From Methanobacteriota archaeon (GTDB taxonomy: Archaea; Thermoplasmatota; E2; DHVEG-1): a stretch of DNA of 64,000 nucleotides. The stretch covers positions 2,580-66,579 of the forward strand of contig CAIRCU010000006.1 in the NCBI GenBank assembly GCA_903877165.1, read 5' to 3'. Of the stretch, positions 16,286 through 25,171 are shown in pieces. Under the pieces are notes generated by a model, which was not told the origin of the DNA, did no database searches, and saw only the letters and a list, made by a program, of their open reading frames with translations. A program made the position numbers and the translations under genes. Within the stretch, counting starts at the first letter, position 1; the number at the start of each line of letters is the position of its first letter.

Positions 16286-17392
16286 TTAGAGGTGGGAGAG
16301 TATGTCCTGGATGGATTCCCAGGGGGCATCGGTCTTGAACCCGGTGGGAGTGAAATGCGTACGCGAGGCGAAAAACCCCTCAAGTCGCAGTACCTCCAGG
16401 AAATGATTCAACGGAGGCATGGAGCGCTTCAGCCTCGACGTGATATCCTCGACGGTGTAGAAGAACGGAGGTGCCTCGACTTCATCCTCAAGGAGAGAAA
16501 GCAGCTTCCAGAGCTGATGCTTGGAGCCCAGAGGCTTTGAGAACACAAGGGATCTGACCTCCTGCACGACTTTCGCCTGTAGCAGCGGCCCCATCCACAA
16601 CGGACCCACAGGATGCTGTGACGAGATGGCTAAGGGGATGTCCGATGCTGGGATCGTCAGGAGATGCCCCATAGATGCATTGGCGGCGTGCTTCCCGTTG
16701 TCGACTTTCACGTAGACCCGGAAGTAATGGTCGGTCGTATAACAGAGGAGCGGAAGGATGCCTTTGTCGTACTTCCCCGCCTCACGCGCAAGTACTCCGA
16801 TGAGGATGCGCAGGCCGACCTCGTGCATGCAGGGACCATGGAGCGGCCAGGCGGCGTACCGCCGGTGGCAGACCTCGGGGAAGACGCCGCAGAGCGGTGC
16901 GGTGTCCGTCGCAGTACACGCAAGCAGTCCCCCGGGGCTGATGCTGCGCATCGCCGAATCCACGAAGGAGATGGGTGAGCCGAAGGGGTCGATGTCGATG
17001 GAGTGGAACCGCTCCCTGGCGAGCAGGATGTTGAGGTCAGCGTTGCTCGCGATGGCGTTCTTGAGGCTGTTGCGCTGGATGTTCTCCTGGATGAGGTCGA
17101 AGGCGGACTCTTTGCTGTCGTTAATCGTGACCTGCGTGTCTCCATCGAGTTCCTTGGCGAGCCGCAGGCCGCGGATGCCGGAGGCGGCGAGCCCGTCGCA
17201 GATCCTGGTCGGTTTCTGCCGACTGGTAAGAAACCATTGGTTGACGAGGACGGAGAGGTCGCGGCTGAGTTCCATAGAAGGGTTGTAGAAAGGCTCTTTG
17301 GTCCGCGTGGCTGGTCCGCGTTTCGTGGTCTTGGGTGCTGTGACGAGAACCTGGGTTTGGCCTTCAGTGATGGAAAAACGAGCCTGGGTCAT
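16286..17392 (-). CDS. trm1: tRNA (guanine26-N2)-dimethyltransferase Trm1
   Basis: FYNPSMELSRDLSVLV, IDIDPFGSP and the C-terminal Cys residues are typical of archaeal Trm1. Confidence 0.85.
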   Translation of the reverse strand: MTQARFSITEGQTQVLVTAPKTTKRGPATRTKEPFYNPSMELSRDLSVLVNQWFLTSRQKPTRICDGLAASGIRGLRLAKELDGDTQVTINDSKESAFDLIQENIQRNSLKNAIASNADLNILLARERFHSIDIDPFGSPISFVDSAMRSISPGGLLACTATDTAPLCGVFPEVCHRRYAAWPLHGPCMHEVGLRILIGVLAREAGKYDKGILPLLCYTTDHYFRVYVKVDNGKHAANASMGHLLTIPASDIPLAISSQHPVGPLWMGPLLQAKVVQEVRSLVFSKPLGSKHQLWKLLSLLEDEVEAPPFFYTVEDITSRLKRSMPPLNHFLEVLRLEGFFASRTHFTPTGFKTDAPWESIQDILSHL

Positions 17393-17400
17393 AATCGTGT

Positions 17401-17961
17401 TTAGTAGAGTGGGGGCAGCTTCTCCGCCATGATCTTTTCGATTTTATAGGGGAGAAGGTTGCGGTTGACTGGGGTGACTTCGAGGATGCGGATGTCGTCG
17501 CGGCGTCTGATATCTTGCAGGAGTGGGGTCCTGGATTTCTTGTGCAGGGTGACCAGGATGGGTTTGTCGGAGTCCAGGGCTTCGATGACGACTTCGCAGA
17601 AGCGTTCGGAGAGCATTTCCATTTTACCGATTTCGTCGATGACGATGATGTCGATGGCTTCTTCGTTGACGGCGCGCTCTATCGCGTGGACGCCGACGCG
17701 TTCGAGGGAGAAGAGGTCGACGCCGTATTTGCCGACCTTGTCCTTGCATTCCATGTCGAGTTTCGCAAAGACTGCTTTTTCCTTGGTCATCCAGTCTGCG
17801 ACATAGAAGCCGACGCGTTTCTTCTTCTCAACGATCGGCTCGGATATCATCCCTTCGACGGTATACCCGCTCTTCTCGATCTTCTCGATGATCTTGATGA
17901 GCGTCTCGGTCTTTCCGACGCTGGGCATCCCGGTGATACCGATCTTCGGGATATCGTCCAT
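17401..17961 (-). CDS. nucleoside-triphosphatase THEP1 family (COG1618)
   Basis: IGITGMPSVGKTE is a Walker A, and IVIDEIGKME is Walker B-like. The size is about 186 aa. Confidence 0.75.
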   Translation of the reverse strand: MDDIPKIGITGMPSVGKTETLIKIIEKIEKSGYTVEGMISEPIVEKKKRVGFYVADWMTKEKAVFAKLDMECKDKVGKYGVDLFSLERVGVHAIERAVNEEAIDIIVIDEIGKMEMLSERFCEVVIEALDSDKPILVTLHKKSRTPLLQDIRRRDDIRILEVTPVNRNLLPYKIEKIMAEKLPPLY

Positions 17962-18023
17962 AGTTCGTATAGGTAATGCGATTGGAATTTAGAAAGCTTT
18001 GGTATATGAAATAATCGGCGGTG

Positions 18024-18707
18024 TCACGCCTTTTTTTTCCTTGCGAGGAACGGCCCGGCGAGGATGTACACCAGGATCATTACCAGGAGTAGAAGGGGGC
18101 CAGCGATCCTCAGGAGGATTACGAGCGCGAGTGCGGTGATGATTACGAGGCTTGCCACTACAGTTGAGCGGTTCCCCAGTTTTGGAAAAAGGAGTGACGA
18201 GATTTTCATCAGACCGAGGAGAACGAGCACAGCGACGATGACGAGCGGCGGGAACCACGTGGTCCCCAACATCCCGAGAGATATGACGATGATGGTGCTC
18301 GCCGATGCTGGCAGGCCGACGAACACCTCTTTTTCTTTCAGGAGGTGGAACGATGAGAGCCGTGTCGCGGAGCAGAACAGAAAGAACAGCATCCCTGCGA
18401 GGAGGAGAGCGAAGACTACAGGATTCAGCGACGTCGCGGTGTACACCCCGTAGAGGAATACCAGGGGGGCGATCGTCAGGGAAGTCAAGTCCGCCATCGC
18501 CTCCAAGTAGTCGCCGACCTGTCCGCTGCCGAACCTGCGGGCGACGACGCCGTCCAGACCATCCGCAAGCAACGCCAGCAGAATCAACACAAACGCAAGG
18601 GGGAACTGCCCGGAGAACACCGCGAGGACAGCGAGCAGCCCGAAGCAGGCATTGAGAATCGAGAGCAAGTCTGCGGCAGTCAGGAATCTAAGCATGGATG
18701 TCGGCAA
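18024..18707 (-). CDS. pssA: CDP-alcohol phosphatidyltransferase; archaetidylserine synthase-like
   Basis: DGLDGVVARRFGSGQVGDYLEAMADL carries the D-G-x2-A-R-x8-G-x3-D-x3-D motif. It is a polytopic membrane protein overlapping psd by 20 nt. Confidence 0.8.
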   Translation of the reverse strand: MPTSMLRFLTAADLLSILNACFGLLAVLAVFSGQFPLAFVLILLALLADGLDGVVARRFGSGQVGDYLEAMADLTSLTIAPLVFLYGVYTATSLNPVVFALLLAGMLFFLFCSATRLSSFHLLKEKEVFVGLPASASTIIVISLGMLGTTWFPPLVIVAVLVLLGLMKISSLLFPKLGNRSTVVASLVIITALALVILLRIAGPLLLLVMILVYILAGPFLARKKKA

Positions 18708-19335
18708 GGGTATCCTCTCCTGCTTTCACTTTATCACGGAGTTTCACGGCAAGCGTGGAGACGGCAGCCTTGGGAAGATACACGTCCACGCGCGAACCCA
18801 GACGGATCAACCCGATGCGATCCCCTTTCTTCACTCGGTCGCCTTCCTTGATGTAGGGGATGATGCGTCGGGCGACGGTCCCCGCGATCTGCATGACTTT
18901 CACGCGGCCAACCGAAGAGTCGAAAAGTAGTGTCACGCGCTCGTTACGTTCGGAGTCCTTGGAGAACGCGGGGAGATGGCTTCCGTTTGTATGCTCCAGG
19001 CGGACGACGGTGCCGTCGACCGGGCTTCGATTCACATGCACGTTGTGGATGTTCAGGAAGGTCTTGACCCAGATGCAGGATCCCACATCCGGGTCGTCCA
19101 CAGGGGAGATGCCGGTGATGATGCCGTCAGCGACCGCGACGATTCCGGATCCGATGGTTCGCTCGGGATCACGGAAGAATACCACGAGGAGAACCAAGCC
19201 TATGATTCCAAGGAAGGTGAGGATGAGAAACCCGAAGCGTAGAAGCCCCTGGAGAACCATGCTGGCAGCGACGCAGGCGACCGTGACTAGCCCGACGCCC
19301 ACGATCCATGCAAGACCGCCACGCGCGATCCTCAT
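18688..19335 (-). CDS. psd: phosphatidylserine (archaetidylserine) decarboxylase proenzyme
   Basis: An N-terminal TM is present. The LGSRVD segment (GS cleavage-site region) and the overall size fit the small archaeal-type PSD. Its start overlaps the upstream membrane gene by 4 nt. Confidence 0.75.
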   Translation of the reverse strand: MRIARGGLAWIVGVGLVTVACVAASMVLQGLLRFGFLILTFLGIIGLVLLVVFFRDPERTIGSGIVAVADGIITGISPVDDPDVGSCIWVKTFLNIHNVHVNRSPVDGTVVRLEHTNGSHLPAFSKDSERNERVTLLFDSSVGRVKVMQIAGTVARRIIPYIKEGDRVKKGDRIGLIRLGSRVDVYLPKAAVSTLAVKLRDKVKAGEDTLADIHA

Positions 19336-20261
19336 GTGTGTTTCCCTCTAAAGATATGTTCAAGGGGGCCGTTGCGTTTCGGCAGTGAAATCGCATCCAT
19401 GATTTCATCGTATAACTCCGGGACAATCTTGAACGTGAGGAACAGCAGCGCGATGAGCGCAAGTAAGGAGCCGACCTTGCCGATGACGTTGTGCGCCATC
19501 TCAAAGGAGACGATACTGTCTCCGGTGAGTATCACGACTCCGGCGTTCCGCACCAGGTTCAGAAGGTAGACGGGGACGACTGTGGCAAGCAACGCGATGG
19601 CCCTGCGTTTCAGAGGGATCTTCGGCAGGGCGCCAAGCATTCCGACGAACAGCAGCAGGGACTGGATTGCTGTACAGGCGAAGATGATCCGGATGGGGAC
19701 GTCATTGTACAGAATGTTGGGCCCGTTCTGTACGGCACCGACCCCAAACAGATGGAGCAGCCAGACGGTCTGTCCGGCGACGGCCACGATGAGGCCGTCT
19801 CGGGCGCTGGGCAGCAGGATTTCAAGCGAGAAGTAGATAATGCCCGCTAGGAACGTCGCTCCTGCGATCCATTTCAGGGCGGAGGGGTGTTCATCGCGCT
19901 CTTTGGAGAGCCATTCGTGGTACGCCAGGTAGACGAGGACGTAGATGCCGACGACGCAGAGGGCGGCATTGAAAATATCGCCTCCTTCGGAGAAGTACAG
20001 CAGATTCGGATAGGTGGACCAAAACAGGGCGAAGAGCACCCAGCCGGTCATCTTCAGCTGGCTTCCGCGCTGCTTCTGACTGTCGAGTGTGCCGGCGCCG
20101 AGCAACAGCAGGCTGCTGAAGAGCGGGACTGCGATAACCCATTGGTAGGAGGGCTGCGGGTACGGGAAGAGGAAGAAGTTGACGAGGAGCATGGCTGACG
20201 GTCCGCCGAGGAACCACGCCAGAATCCGAAGATCCTTCCCAGATGTCTGTGATAGCGGCAT
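19332..20261 (-). CDS. artA: polytopic membrane protein, probable archaeosortase/exosortase family (ArtA-like)
   Basis: It has about 8 TM helices, a conserved Cys196 (IIFACTAIQ) and Arg238 42 residues later within NLVRNAGVVILTGD, as expected for the exosortase/archaeosortase Cys...Arg active site. It is translationally coupled to psd-pssA, the known genomic partners of artA. Confidence 0.5.
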   Translation of the reverse strand: MPLSQTSGKDLRILAWFLGGPSAMLLVNFFLFPYPQPSYQWVIAVPLFSSLLLLGAGTLDSQKQRGSQLKMTGWVLFALFWSTYPNLLYFSEGGDIFNAALCVVGIYVLVYLAYHEWLSKERDEHPSALKWIAGATFLAGIIYFSLEILLPSARDGLIVAVAGQTVWLLHLFGVGAVQNGPNILYNDVPIRIIFACTAIQSLLLFVGMLGALPKIPLKRRAIALLATVVPVYLLNLVRNAGVVILTGDSIVSFEMAHNVIGKVGSLLALIALLFLTFKIVPELYDEIMDAISLPKRNGPLEHIFRGKHT

Positions 20262-20459
20262 TGCTTGAAGATCAAGGCTCCATATTGGGTGAACCTACAA
20301 AAACCCATTGGTATTCAAAGGAGAAAGGGAACGAAAGAAACATGCTTCAGATAGAGGAGCATCTGTAACCGCCGTTGGCTGTCGCGCGACAGACGATGCG
20401 GACTCTCATGAGGAGTACGGAAGAAAAAGAAAAAAAAGAAAAAAGAGGGGGGTGGTTGT

Positions 20460-22070
20460 TTATATTTTCACGTAGAAGAACAGTATCTTCGCGGTGTACG
20501 ACTGTGTGGCTGATACGCCTTCGTCACAGGTCGCCGAGACCGTGATGGAGATTGCCCCAAGGCCCAGGAAGAACCCGGATTTGAAGCTGAAATCTCCGCC
20601 GACGAGCAGAGCGGCTTGGGTGGCTGTCTTTGAGACGTTCACCTTGTGCAGAATGCCACCGGTGATCGCGATGTTGCAGACCAGGTTCGTCGCGTTTGCT
20701 TCCCCGTCGTTCGTGGCCTTTGCGGTCACGCCTATTCCACCGGAGACCAACGAAACGGTCAGGTGTGGCATGAGATGCGGGCTTCCCCCAGTGTCGAAGT
20801 AGATGTCATTGTCTGATCCACGGGAGTCGGTCCAGACGATGAATGGGTAGTACACGTCCGCCATGTGCCAGGCGTTCACGACCGTCCCATCCTGATCATT
20901 GATCTGGAGTGGGGCTCCCCATGTGGCTCCTCCATCGGTTGAGGTGGTGAGGAACAGGTTCCCATCTTTCATGAACAAGCAGTAGGCGCTCGAACCGGAC
21001 ATGAAGACGCGCGGGTTGACTTCATCGGAGGCGGTGTTGGCGACCACGACGTTGTGCGTCCAGGTGACACCGTTATCCGCTGTGTAGCTGCACATGAGGT
21101 CTTGGTTGCCCGCAGCATCCGATTGGTAGACCACGATAGCGTTCGTCCCGCTGGCACCGACCGCTGGTTTCACACAGTTCGCGGTGTAGGGTGTCTCCCA
21201 CATGCCCCACTGAGTCTTCCACTGTTCCATGTCGTTCTGGGCGACGGCGTCACCCCAGCGGACGTTGATGATTTGTTTGCTTACTGTGGTGTTGGTGTAT
21301 TGGAACGCGAAGAAGAACAGGGTGCTGGTGGAGGCGATGGATGAGTAGGTTGCGGGGCGTCCGTTCCAGGTGCTGTCCCAGGTGAAGGTCCATGTGTCTG
21401 CAGCGGCTCCATTGTGGGTGACTACTGCGGCCGATGGGACGCTGTAGGGTGGGTAGACGATGTCCGCGATGTAGGTGAACGCGGCGATGGTGCGGTCTGT
21501 CACGTAGGTTGCGATCCCGCCGCAGTCATGGTTGTAAACCTGCTGAGCTGAGGGCGTGAAGTACTGCCATGTCCAAGCTGTCGGATCAATGCTTGGATCT
21601 TGGCCACTGAGGAAATACTGAGTGTCTGTTCCTTGGTCGATGAAGGCGACCCATAACAACCCTGTGGAATCGACGGTTGCCACTGGAGTGGTCTGGACAC
21701 CATCAACAGGGAGATACCATGCGGCGGACCAGGTCGCCCCGTTGTCCGTTGATTCTTTCATGAGGACATTAGGGTCGATTCCGTCGTCGAGGACGTAGAA
21801 GATCCAGAGGTTCCCGCTGCCGTCTTTGACGATGGATGGAGTCATTTCATTGCCGGCATCGCCTGCGGCCAGGACGTCGGTGCCTCGTCCGAGTGGTGAG
21901 GCCGAGGTCGCTTTCTGGAATTTGACGTTGGCGATTTGCGCATTTATGTTCGCTGCGGTTGGTGTAGTCTTGACAGTAAAAGCCGTTGCGCTTGGTAAAA
22001 GGAATGCCAAGGCGATGGCTAGTACTACAACTGCCTTTAACGAGTTTCTCTTCAGATGTGTTGCGCTCAT
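20460..22070 (-). CDS. secreted BNR/Asp-box repeat protein with a conserved hydrophobic C-terminal tail
   Basis: It has a signal peptide and Asp-box motifs STDNGATW, DNGVTWTH and TSTDGGATWG. The C-terminus ...SITVSATCDEGVSATQSYTAKILFFYVKI is homologous to the tail of the next gene. Confidence 0.7.
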   Translation of the reverse strand: MSATHLKRNSLKAVVVLAIALAFLLPSATAFTVKTTPTAANINAQIANVKFQKATSASPLGRGTDVLAAGDAGNEMTPSIVKDGSGNLWIFYVLDDGIDPNVLMKESTDNGATWSAAWYLPVDGVQTTPVATVDSTGLLWVAFIDQGTDTQYFLSGQDPSIDPTAWTWQYFTPSAQQVYNHDCGGIATYVTDRTIAAFTYIADIVYPPYSVPSAAVVTHNGAAADTWTFTWDSTWNGRPATYSSIASTSTLFFFAFQYTNTTVSKQIINVRWGDAVAQNDMEQWKTQWGMWETPYTANCVKPAVGASGTNAIVVYQSDAAGNQDLMCSYTADNGVTWTHNVVVANTASDEVNPRVFMSGSSAYCLFMKDGNLFLTTSTDGGATWGAPLQINDQDGTVVNAWHMADVYYPFIVWTDSRGSDNDIYFDTGGSPHLMPHLTVSLVSGGIGVTAKATNDGEANATNLVCNIAITGGILHKVNVSKTATQAALLVGGDFSFKSGFFLGLGAISITVSATCDEGVSATQSYTAKILFFYVKI

Positions 22071-22281
22071 AAAACTTCCCCTTTCTGCTTTCTATATTTC
22101 TCTTTGCCTATATATATCTTCTTTACGGGTATATATAAGCAAAGCTAGGATTCTGCTGTCATTTACGGATCTTGTGTGTTCTTCCCTGGACGTTGTTCAT
22201 CCGGTAGTTGAAGTGAAGAAGAGAGGCACCCGGAAGGGATTCCTTCCGGGATTTCACGTGGATGAGGGGCGACGTGTGGTT

Positions 22282-23313
22282 CTATTTAACCCCTATGATC
22301 CAGAACAGGAACACGAACCCGCTGGCCGTGCCTGTCACTGCGGTGGTGTTCTCCACGCAGTTGGCAGTCACCGTAATAGAGACTTCCCCAAAGCCAAGGA
22401 CCTTTTCACTGGTGGCGGTCGCCGATGCTCCGATGAGGATCGAGGGGATGCTGCCGGGGGTTGATTTGCCTTTCAGCAGGAATCCGCCGTTCATGGCGAT
22501 GGTCCAGCTGATGTTGGTGGCGTCCCCGTTACCGGTGTTCTCAATGACTGCGGTGACTGTTCCCTTGCTGCCCGTGATGCTGCTGATTTGCAGAGATGGC
22601 TTGGGCTGCTGTTGGCTTCCTGTGGTGATGGACATGTCGTCGTAGTAGACGGGGGTGGCGCTGTTAGCCCACAGGTCGACGGCTGAGAGTTTCAGCACGC
22701 CGCTCCCATCGTTGTCGGGGGTAGCGGTCCAGTTCTTCGCAATCAGCAGGTCGCCGTCGTAGTAGAATGCGAACATGTCAGAGGTCAGGTTGACCTCGGC
22801 GCGCAGCTCGCACCATTTCCCAAGTTGAAGAGGCAACGTGGCGGCGTCATTCTCGGATTCAACGACCATGAGGTCGGAGTCGAATCTGAGTTGGACCGCA
22901 TATATGCAGTTATTGTCGCCTCCATCCCAGTAGTCGCTGAGCAGGATGAAGTAGGTTTGGCCCATGACGTTCTGGGGGATGTACTGCCAGGCGATGTACG
23001 TGAAATTCCCCGATTCAATATCGTACTCGTGGACGTTGTCGCTTGCGTTGGAGATCATGTCTGAGTGCGGGGAGCTTCTCGACTGTACGTCAGAGACGGT
23101 GCCGTGGGCGTTAGAGTCGTTGTCCCAGCCTTTCCATCCGCCGCTGCCAGCAGAGCCATCGAGGAATGTTCCGTTGGCGTAGCTATCGAAGTTATCGCTC
23201 CAAATAATAGAGGTCTGTCGTGGGATTGGCGCGCGCGTTTGGGCAGACGCGTGCGGAAGAAAACTTGCGCTTAAGAGGAGTATTACTCCCAATACTAACA
23301 ATTTTGTTTTCAT
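22282..23313 (-). CDS. secreted protein (concanavalin/jelly-roll-like), sharing a C-terminal tail with the BNR protein
   Basis: It has a signal peptide (LLVLGVILLLSASFLPHASA). Its C-terminus ...SITVTANCVENTTAVTGTASGFVFLFWIIGVK aligns with the tail of 20460-22070. Confidence 0.6.
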   Translation of the reverse strand: MKTKLLVLGVILLLSASFLPHASAQTRAPIPRQTSIIWSDNFDSYANGTFLDGSAGSGGWKGWDNDSNAHGTVSDVQSRSSPHSDMISNASDNVHEYDIESGNFTYIAWQYIPQNVMGQTYFILLSDYWDGGDNNCIYAVQLRFDSDLMVVESENDAATLPLQLGKWCELRAEVNLTSDMFAFYYDGDLLIAKNWTATPDNDGSGVLKLSAVDLWANSATPVYYDDMSITTGSQQQPKPSLQISSITGSKGTVTAVIENTGNGDATNISWTIAMNGGFLLKGKSTPGSIPSILIGASATATSEKVLGFGEVSITVTANCVENTTAVTGTASGFVFLFWIIGVK

Positions 23314-23360
23314 ATCTCATGCCTCCCTATAGCCTTTGAGTAATTCGAATGGTCTTTCTT

Positions 23361-23404
23361 CCTATTATAAGTTATGTCCAGTTCCCCTGTTGTCTTTATA
23401 AAGG
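23361..23404. promoter_or_regulatory. divergent promoter region with two TATA-like boxes (CCTATTATAAG, CTTTATAAAGG)
   Basis: AT-rich boxes sit between the minus-strand secreted-protein gene (start 23313) and thyX (start 23479). Confidence 0.25.
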
Positions 23405-23478
23405 TCGCGGGTGAGGACGGTTGTTCATCACAATCCTTTTAGTGCCATGGCTCATAGCGGGTGCGGGTGGAGTGACGC

Positions 23479-24141
23479 ATGAAGGTGACGCTCATTGGGT
23501 ACAGTCCGGAACCGGAGAAAGTCCCGGGGATGGCCGCGATGCTGACCCATTCGAAGACTACGCCGGAGGCGCTGTATGGCTTGCCGGACCAGCAGACCCG
23601 CAAGGTGCTGGAGCAGGTCATGGAGCTGGGCCATACGAGTGTGATTGAGCATACGTGTTTTACGTTCGCGATCAGCGGGGTGAGCCGGTCGTTGACGCAT
23701 CAGCTGGTCCGTCATCGGATCGCGAGCTACTCGCAGCAGAGCCAGCGGTACGTGAATCTCAGTGATCCGCAGTACGTCGTCCCGCCGACCATCACGGAGC
23801 ACGCAGAGATGGCTGCGGAGTACGAAAAAACGATGGCGTTGATTTGGAAGCAGTACAACAGTCTACTGAAGCTTGGCATCCCGGCGGAGGATGCGCGGTA
23901 CGTGCTGCCGAACGCGACGTGCACCAACATCCTTGTGACTATGAATGCGCGGGAGCTGCTGCATTTCTTCGAGCTACGCTGCTGCCTGCATGCACAATGG
24001 GAGATTCGGAAGCTTGCGGACTTGATGCTCGCGGAGGTCAAGCAGGTAGCGCCGACGATTTTTCAGCATGCGGGGCCCGCATGCGAGTCCAGCGGGGTAT
24101 GCCCGGAGCACAAGACGGACTGCCCGCGGTACCCGGGGTGA
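23479..24141 (+). CDS. thyX: FAD-dependent thymidylate synthase ThyX
   Basis: The ThyX motif RHRxxSxxxxSxR is present in HQLVRHRIASYSQQSQRY. Confidence 0.85.
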   Translation: MKVTLIGYSPEPEKVPGMAAMLTHSKTTPEALYGLPDQQTRKVLEQVMELGHTSVIEHTCFTFAISGVSRSLTHQLVRHRIASYSQQSQRYVNLSDPQYVVPPTITEHAEMAAEYEKTMALIWKQYNSLLKLGIPAEDARYVLPNATCTNILVTMNARELLHFFELRCCLHAQWEIRKLADLMLAEVKQVAPTIFQHAGPACESSGVCPEHKTDCPRYPG

Positions 24142-24147
24142 TGCCTC

Positions 24148-24819
24148 ATGCGGCCTCGGGTGATCCTGAACTGTGCGATGTCTGCGGATGGCAAGGTTGC
24201 ATTGCCCTCCCGGCGTCAGCTGCGGATCTCTTGCGATGAGGATATGGCTCGGGTCCACAAACTTCGCTCGGAATGCGACGCGGTCCTGGTAGGCGTCGAA
24301 ACGGTGCTTTCGGATAATCCGAAGTTGACGGTCAGCGAACACTATGTGCCGCATCCGCGGCAGCCGCTACGCGTGGTCTTGGATGGTTCCTGTCGGACGC
24401 CGCCGGATTCCTTGGTGGTGAACGCGGCGGCGAGAACCGTGCTGTTCACGAGACAGGAGTGCCATACGTCGTTTCCTCAGGATACGGTCGAAGTCGTCAG
24501 TGGTCCCGTGGATGCCGACGGTTTGCTTGATCTCAGTTGGGTGCTTTCCGAGTTGTCTCGGCGTGGAATACGGCAGATCCTTGTGGAGGGCGGAGGCACG
24601 GTGCTGTGGAGTTTTCTACGGCAGGGTCTTGTCGATGTTCTCTTCGTGTACGTTGGTCCCTTGGTGGTCGGGGGTGCGCAGACGCCGACGCTGGCGTCGG
24701 GTCAAGGTGTGGCCTCAGCCTCGGAAGTGGTTCGGTTAAATGTGCGGAATGTGTCGCGGCTTGGACCCGGGGTGCTGCTCGAATACCACCCTGTTAATGG
24801 GAAAAAGGATGAATCGTGA
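24148..24819 (+). CDS. RibD C-terminal-domain reductase (archaeal 2,5-diamino-6-ribosylamino-pyrimidinone 5'-phosphate reductase / DHFR-like fold)
   Basis: VILNCAMSADGKVAL...VHKLRSECDAVLVGVETVLSDNPKLTV...QILVEGGGTV is the typical RibD_C/DHFR-like Rossmann signature. The gap to thyX is 6 nt. Confidence 0.7.
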   Translation: MRPRVILNCAMSADGKVALPSRRQLRISCDEDMARVHKLRSECDAVLVGVETVLSDNPKLTVSEHYVPHPRQPLRVVLDGSCRTPPDSLVVNAAARTVLFTRQECHTSFPQDTVEVVSGPVDADGLLDLSWVLSELSRRGIRQILVEGGGTVLWSFLRQGLVDVLFVYVGPLVVGGAQTPTLASGQGVASASEVVRLNVRNVSRLGPGVLLEYHPVNGKKDES

Positions 24820-25171
24820 TTTTTGGACGTATATAGATATTAGGTGCCAGTTTTTGTGTGTTTGGCCAAAAACCCGGGGAGAACCTTTATTATTCCGCAA
24901 CGTCCTCTGTGCATGCGTGGGGAATACATGAAGACTGATAGCACCCCGGGGGGAATGACGACTGTGATGTGCGGCTTTGGAGGCCTTGTGGGATCTCTTC
25001 CCATTTGGAATGCCCAACGTTCCTTAGCCTTTTCAGGGTCGATGGCATCCCATATCTCCTCTTTCTCCTCAGATGGACGATCGCCTCCCGATCTCCATAA
25101 TCTTGTGCATGTACAAGCGTTCAAGGCTGCACAGTAGCGTCACCCCCTCCTCGGTGCTATACCTCCTCCAT

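Noticed and set aside
20460-23313. Reading the hydrophobic C-tails of the two secreted proteins as PGF-CTERM signals
   Set aside because: There is no PGF tripeptide. The hydrophobic stretch is about 10 residues, too short for a TM helix, and there is no basic tail beyond a single Lys. I describe them as a distinct shared module instead.
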